This document shows, piece after piece, positions 59,510 to 64,000 of a stretch of 64,000 bases of DNA; positions within the stretch are counted from its first letter, which is position 1; the number at the start of each line of letters is the position of its first letter. The stretch is from Candidatus Bathyarchaeota archaeon. GTDB taxonomy: Archaea > Thermoproteota > Bathyarchaeia > Bathyarchaeales > Bathycorpusculaceae. The stretch is from positions 128,001-192,000 of the forward strand of contig CAVTBV010000001.1 of assembly GCA_963733095.1 (NCBI GenBank), written 5' to 3'. Position numbers and translations under genes: made by a program. The notes beneath the pieces are model-generated. The model saw only the letters and a program-made list of their open reading frames with translations, was not told where the DNA came from and did not search any database.

Positions 59510-60220
59510 ATGATGGATAAGGCTCTTGTCTTTGACCTTTGGGGCGACTACGCCCACTTTAGGAAACATTATACCACAACAAGTCCCCTTACTTTTTCTA
59601 TACCACCCAGAACAACATTATGTGGGCTCTTAGCTGCAATTATTGGTTTAGATAAAACAGAGTATCTTCGTTATTTTTCCGATAAAGATGCTTCAGTAGC
59701 CGTGCAATTACTAAGTGAAGTGAAAAAGATTACATTTGCTGAAAATCTTATCGATACAAAAAAGGCGGGAAAAATGATGAACCAGATAAAACAGCGGACC
59801 CAGATACGCTTTGAGTTTCTAAAAAATCCGAAATACAGGATTTTTGTCTATCATCAAGATGAATCCATTTATCGGAAACTCAAGGAAATGTTGGAAGCTC
59901 ATAAAACAGTTTACACGCCCTGTTTAGGATTAAGTGAATTATTAGCTAATTTCAATTACGTGGATGAGTACAATGCGGAAACAGTTGAAGCACAATCTGA
60001 AATTGAGATTTTAACCGCTTTGCCTAAAAAGAACATGATAGAGCTAATTTTCCAAGATGAGTATGAGTATTTATCAGAGACTATGCCCGGGAACATGCTC
60101 CCAGATAGAACCATTACTGAGTATGAACAGGTGATTTTTGAAAGAAAAACTAGACCTGTAAAAGCAAGGGTAAATCAGTTCATCCGACTTGAAACCAATG
60201 AAGCCATCACTTTCCTTTAA
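59510..60220 (+). CDS. cas5: Type I-B Cas5
   Basis: FDLWGDYAHFRK..TTTSPLTF.IPPRTT..GLLAAIIG, YTPCLG. Confidence 0.95.
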   Translation: MMDKALVFDLWGDYAHFRKHYTTTSPLTFSIPPRTTLCGLLAAIIGLDKTEYLRYFSDKDASVAVQLLSEVKKITFAENLIDTKKAGKMMNQIKQRTQIRFEFLKNPKYRIFVYHQDESIYRKLKEMLEAHKTVYTPCLGLSELLANFNYVDEYNAETVEAQSEIEILTALPKKNMIELIFQDEYEYLSETMPGNMLPDRTITEYEQVIFERKTRPVKARVNQFIRLETNEAITFL

Positions 60221-62600
60221 TCTACTAGCTCGTCCAGATAAACAACTTCGAGACCATCTTCAAAGAGTTTCAGAATTATGTTGTAAACTGTGTATGGAAC
60301 CTAAACTCAATCTTGAATCTATTGATCTTACGCAAGATAAACTTGCAAAAACCCTTGAAATGGTTGGTTGGTGCCATGATTTTGGGAAAACAACAACTTT
60401 TTTTCAGGAATATATCCATGAAACAGATGAACAAAAGAAAAGAAAATTAAAAAACAGGAAAGAAACTCATCATAGTCTTATTTCTGCGGTGTTCACATAT
60501 TATGTCTTAAAAAATCAGTATTACCTATCTGATTCGCCCCTCGATGAAGTCATGCCGCTCATAGGCTATTTAGTAGTGAAAAGACATCATGGGAATCTAA
60601 AAAATATACGAGAAGAAATTAGCGACCTCCTCCAAGATAGTGACAAACAAGATATTTTGAAAAAGCAGCTTGATTCTATTACTGTTGAAACTGTGACGGA
60701 ACTCTATAAAAATGTATTTTCTGAGCAGATATTTATCACGTTCAAAGAAGACTTGGATTCAATATTGGAGCAGATGAAACGAAGCCGAAGAATCTTGTGG
60801 AAATTCTTGAAAACAGGTAATTTGTTTCCAGCCATTTTAACTAGTTTTTGTTATTCAATTTTGCTGCAAGCAGACAAAGAGCATGCTTCAGGCATCACTG
60901 TAAAAAGGCATGAACCAATTCCTGATAACATCGTCGACACATATCGGCGCCTAAAAGGGTTCAATAAATCAACCACGAAAATTAACAAAATAAGAAACAG
61001 TATATACCAAGAAACAACAAAATGTGTGGAATCACTTGATCTTGCCCAGAAGATTTATTCTCTTAATGCGCCCACTGGAACAGGTAAAACGTTAACGGGG
61101 TTAGCGTTTGCAAATAGACTTGCATCTAGGCTGCGGTGTGAGCAGAGATTTAATCCCCGAATTTTTTATTGTATTTCATTCATCAGCATCATTGATCAAA
61201 ACTGTAAAGTATTTGAGAACGTGTTTGAAACAGTCACCGGAGAAAAGCCTACCAATGACCTTCTTTTAAAGCATCATCACCTAGCGGGCACGTATTATTC
61301 TACGGATGAAAATGAGTTTGATCCCGAGAAGGGTCTTTTCCTTGTTGAAGGATGGAACTCTGAGGTTATAGTTACAACGTTTGTTCAGCTTTTTCATACT
61401 TTGTTTACAAACAGGAATCGGTCTCTACGGAAATATCATAGATTAGCTAACTCGATTATAATTCTTGATGAGGTCCAGTCACTTCCACATAAATATTGGC
61501 TATTACTACGAGAATACCTGAAAACTTTATCCGCGCTGTTTAACACATACTTTATTTTTATGACGGCTACGCAGCCACTTATTTTTCAGCCAGAAACTGA
61601 AATTAAAGAATTATGTGCAAACAATGATCAGTATTTCCGCCAGTTTGATCGGTTGGATCTTGTTCCTCGCCTTGAACCTGTAACTTTAGATGTTTTTATG
61701 GCGCAAGTAGTAGTTGATATTGAAGCTAATCCTGAAAAAAGTTTTCTGATAATAATGAACACTATCAACAGTTCTCAACAGGTGTATCAGCACCTCCAGA
61801 AATGTATGGGTAAAGAGAACCTTGTTTACTTATCCACTAGGGTTTTTCCTAAGGAACGTCTTGATCGTATAACCCAGATATGTAAAGGCGGAAAAAGAAA
61901 GATTATTGTTAGTACGCAGCTTGTTGAAGCTGGTGTAGACCTTGACGTGGATGTTGTGTATCGCGATTTTGGTACGTTAGACTCTGTAGTGCAAGCTTCT
62001 GGTCGATGTAATAGAAACTTTAACGAAAAACACGGTTTAGTTAAGCTTTTCAGGATAAACGATGAGCGACGCTTCTATTACAGCTATATTTATGGCTGTA
62101 ACTCGATGCTTATCGATAAGACCCTGCAGGTTCTTGAGAAAAAAACGGTGATACCTGAACAGGGGTTTAAAGAGGTGGTTGAGGAATATTACCAGTTAGT
62201 AAAGCACTCCATGAGCAATGATGAAGCAAATAAATTACTTGAAAATATTGCTCGACTTGAATTTGAGGAAATTCAACGTAACTTTAAACTTATAGCTGAA
62301 GACTACCCCAAGATCGATGTGTTCATTGAGTATGACGATGAAGCTGTTAAGATGTGGAAAGAGTTCGAGAGAATACAAGAAATTGCTGAACCGTCTGAAA
62401 AACGACGTGAATTCATGAAAATTAAGAAACAATTATGGGACTATACAATTTCGGTCCCGGAGAAGTTTAAAGAAACTGTAGGATACATGGATTCCATTGA
62501 CATGGGTTATATCTCAAAAATGATAATTCAACAAACAGGAGTATATGACAAACAATTAGGGTTCCTGAAAGAACAAACCACAAATACGTTTTTTGTATAA
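60198..62600 (+). CDS. cas3: Cas3 HD nuclease-helicase
   Basis: L.DHL, HDFGK, HHG, ADK; APTGTGKT, DEVQ, MTAT, STQLVEAGVD, QASGRCNR. Confidence 0.96.
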   Translation: MKPSLSFNLLARPDKQLRDHLQRVSELCCKLCMEPKLNLESIDLTQDKLAKTLEMVGWCHDFGKTTTFFQEYIHETDEQKKRKLKNRKETHHSLISAVFTYYVLKNQYYLSDSPLDEVMPLIGYLVVKRHHGNLKNIREEISDLLQDSDKQDILKKQLDSITVETVTELYKNVFSEQIFITFKEDLDSILEQMKRSRRILWKFLKTGNLFPAILTSFCYSILLQADKEHASGITVKRHEPIPDNIVDTYRRLKGFNKSTTKINKIRNSIYQETTKCVESLDLAQKIYSLNAPTGTGKTLTGLAFANRLASRLRCEQRFNPRIFYCISFISIIDQNCKVFENVFETVTGEKPTNDLLLKHHHLAGTYYSTDENEFDPEKGLFLVEGWNSEVIVTTFVQLFHTLFTNRNRSLRKYHRLANSIIILDEVQSLPHKYWLLLREYLKTLSALFNTYFIFMTATQPLIFQPETEIKELCANNDQYFRQFDRLDLVPRLEPVTLDVFMAQVVVDIEANPEKSFLIIMNTINSSQQVYQHLQKCMGKENLVYLSTRVFPKERLDRITQICKGGKRKIIVSTQLVEAGVDLDVDVVYRDFGTLDSVVQASGRCNRNFNEKHGLVKLFRINDERRFYYSYIYGCNSMLIDKTLQVLEKKTVIPEQGFKEVVEEYYQLVKHSMSNDEANKLLENIARLEFEEIQRNFKLIAEDYPKIDVFIEYDDEAVKMWKEFERIQEIAEPSEKRREFMKIKKQLWDYTISVPEKFKETVGYMDSIDMGYISKMIIQQTGVYDKQLGFLKEQTTNTFFV

Positions 62601-62709
62601 TATGGCACCTGTTTATAAGAGATTCAATAAAAAAAGGTGGTGAAAAATATGACTCTTAAACAACTCCAAAAAAGTCTTAAAACATCAAAAGAAGCCGACA
62701 AAACGTGCT
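62601..62709 (+). promoter_or_regulatory. CRISPR leader (AT-rich, TATA-like boxes)
   Basis: 109 nt between cas3 stop and first repeat; TTTATAAG at 62612 and AAGTCTTAAAA at 62672. Confidence 0.8.
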
Positions 62710-64000
62710 GTCGGAGAATGAAATCCATTAAAACAAGGATTGAAACTTGGCTGCTGTTTGATTTAGAATTGTGCTAAAGTCGGAGAATGAAATCCATTAA
62801 AACAAGGATTGAAACACTACAGCATCGTCGATATAGATTCAACAGGCTTGCAAGCAGGTCGGAGAATGAAATCCATTAAAACAAGGATTGAAACTATAAT
62901 CCTTAATTGTTGATTCTAACATACCTAAAAGTCGGAGAATGAAATCCATTAAAACAAGGATTGAAACCAGGTTACTTCTAAGGTGTCGCCTGCATCCCAA
63001 TTGCAGGTCGGAGAATGAAATCCATTAAAACAAGGATTGAAACACTATTCATAGCGCAAATTCGGGTATAACTCCTGCTTTTGGTTCAGTCGGAGAATGA
63101 AATCCATTAAAACAAGGATTGAAACAAAATTAATGGGTGAAGAATGGACTGCTGAAGACGAAGGTCGGAGAATGAAATCCATTAAAACAAGGATTGAAAC
63201 TTCGGGCATTGGGTTCCAACAGAGTTAATCCAGCAAATCGTCGGAGAATGAAATCCATTAAAACAAGGATTGAAACAACAGCGGCGTAATCCACAAAATA
63301 TTAACTCAACTCGAGTCGGAGAATGAAATCCATTAAAACAAGGATTGAAACTGTCAGTGGCAGGCGACAGAGGATTCTTTGATTTAGCATTGGGGTCGGA
63401 GAATGAAATGTCGGAGAATGAAATCCATTAAAACAAGGATTGAAACTAGCTGACACAGAAGACAAAGCAGAAGAATACAAAGACTGTCGGAGAATGAAAT
63501 CCATTAAAACAAGGATTGAAACGACGCCGACGCATACCGCATAAGCCTCGCGCAACTTGGTCGGAGAATGAAATCCATTAAAACAAGGATTGAAACATTC
63601 AGAAAGCCAAAGACGGCGACCTCACAGAGGAAGAGTCGGAGAATGAAATCCATTAAAACAAGGATTGAAACTCAAATAAGCAAAGACGCCTGGAATGCAC
63701 TGCATAAGTCGGAGAATGAAATCCATTAAAACAAGGATTGAAACTAGGTGCTTGTGTTGCTTTAGGCTTCGATGGCTTCAGCGAGTCGGAGAATGAAATC
63801 CATTAAAACAAGGATTGAAACTCAATGTTCTATTGGACTGCAAGCTTATTTGAGCAGGGGTCGGAGAATGAAATCCATTAAAACAAGGATTGAAACTGAG
63901 TAAAGGTACAAGTTGGATTTGTGCAGATTGTAGTCGGAGAATGAAATCCATTAAAACAAGGATTGAAACAAGTAACCATCGTAATGTGTAAGAGTTGATG
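62710..64000 (+). CRISPR. CRISPR array, 37-nt repeat GTCGGAGAATGAAATCCATTAAAACAAGGATTGAAAC; 17 intact repeats, 16 complete spacers (32-45 nt), continues beyond window
   Basis: Repeats start at 62710, 62779, 62858, 62931, 63007, 63089, 63164, 63240, 63315, 63410, 63486, 63560, 63635, 63708, 63785, 63860, 63933; the ATTGAAAC 3' handle gives + orientation. Confidence 0.99.

Noticed and set aside
63301-63555. 84-aa minus-strand ORF with repeated VSILVLMDFILR
   Set aside because: Translation of CRISPR repeats and spacers, not a gene

Overview
Archaeal chromosomal segment, most likely Bathyarchaeia (TACK). Support: eS25 and eS26 ribosomal proteins, a histone plus Alba, class I LysRS, tetraether synthase, large secreted PQQ-like beta-propeller proteins and frequent TTG starts. 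Bases 1-50.5 kb are mostly housekeeping: translation, RNA polymerase, thermosome, RtcB and archease, cofactor, lipid and glycan genes. This part also holds an SPFH/zinc-ribbon membrane operon, a beta-propeller/GT-C fusion gene that runs into tRNA-Arg(GCG), a frameshifted trpB2 and a CTG-initiated rps17e. From about 50.5 kb the DNA is visibly AT-richer. It carries small zinc-ribbon genes (Elf1-like, Cren7-like), tRNA-Gly(TCC), a cluster of CATGGYAAA motifs, and Mrr and RNase J-like gene remnants. A complete type I-B CRISPR-Cas locus follows (cas6-cas1-cas2-cas4-cas8b-cas7-cas5-cas3, leader, and 17 intact 37-nt repeats running off the window end). The main leads are a possible degenerate crRNA-like mini-array upstream of cas6, a Shine-Dalgarno-led ORF in the CRISPR leader that reads into spacer 1, and a 15-nt partial repeat duplication inside the array. 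All calls come from reading the sequence by eye; no searches were run.
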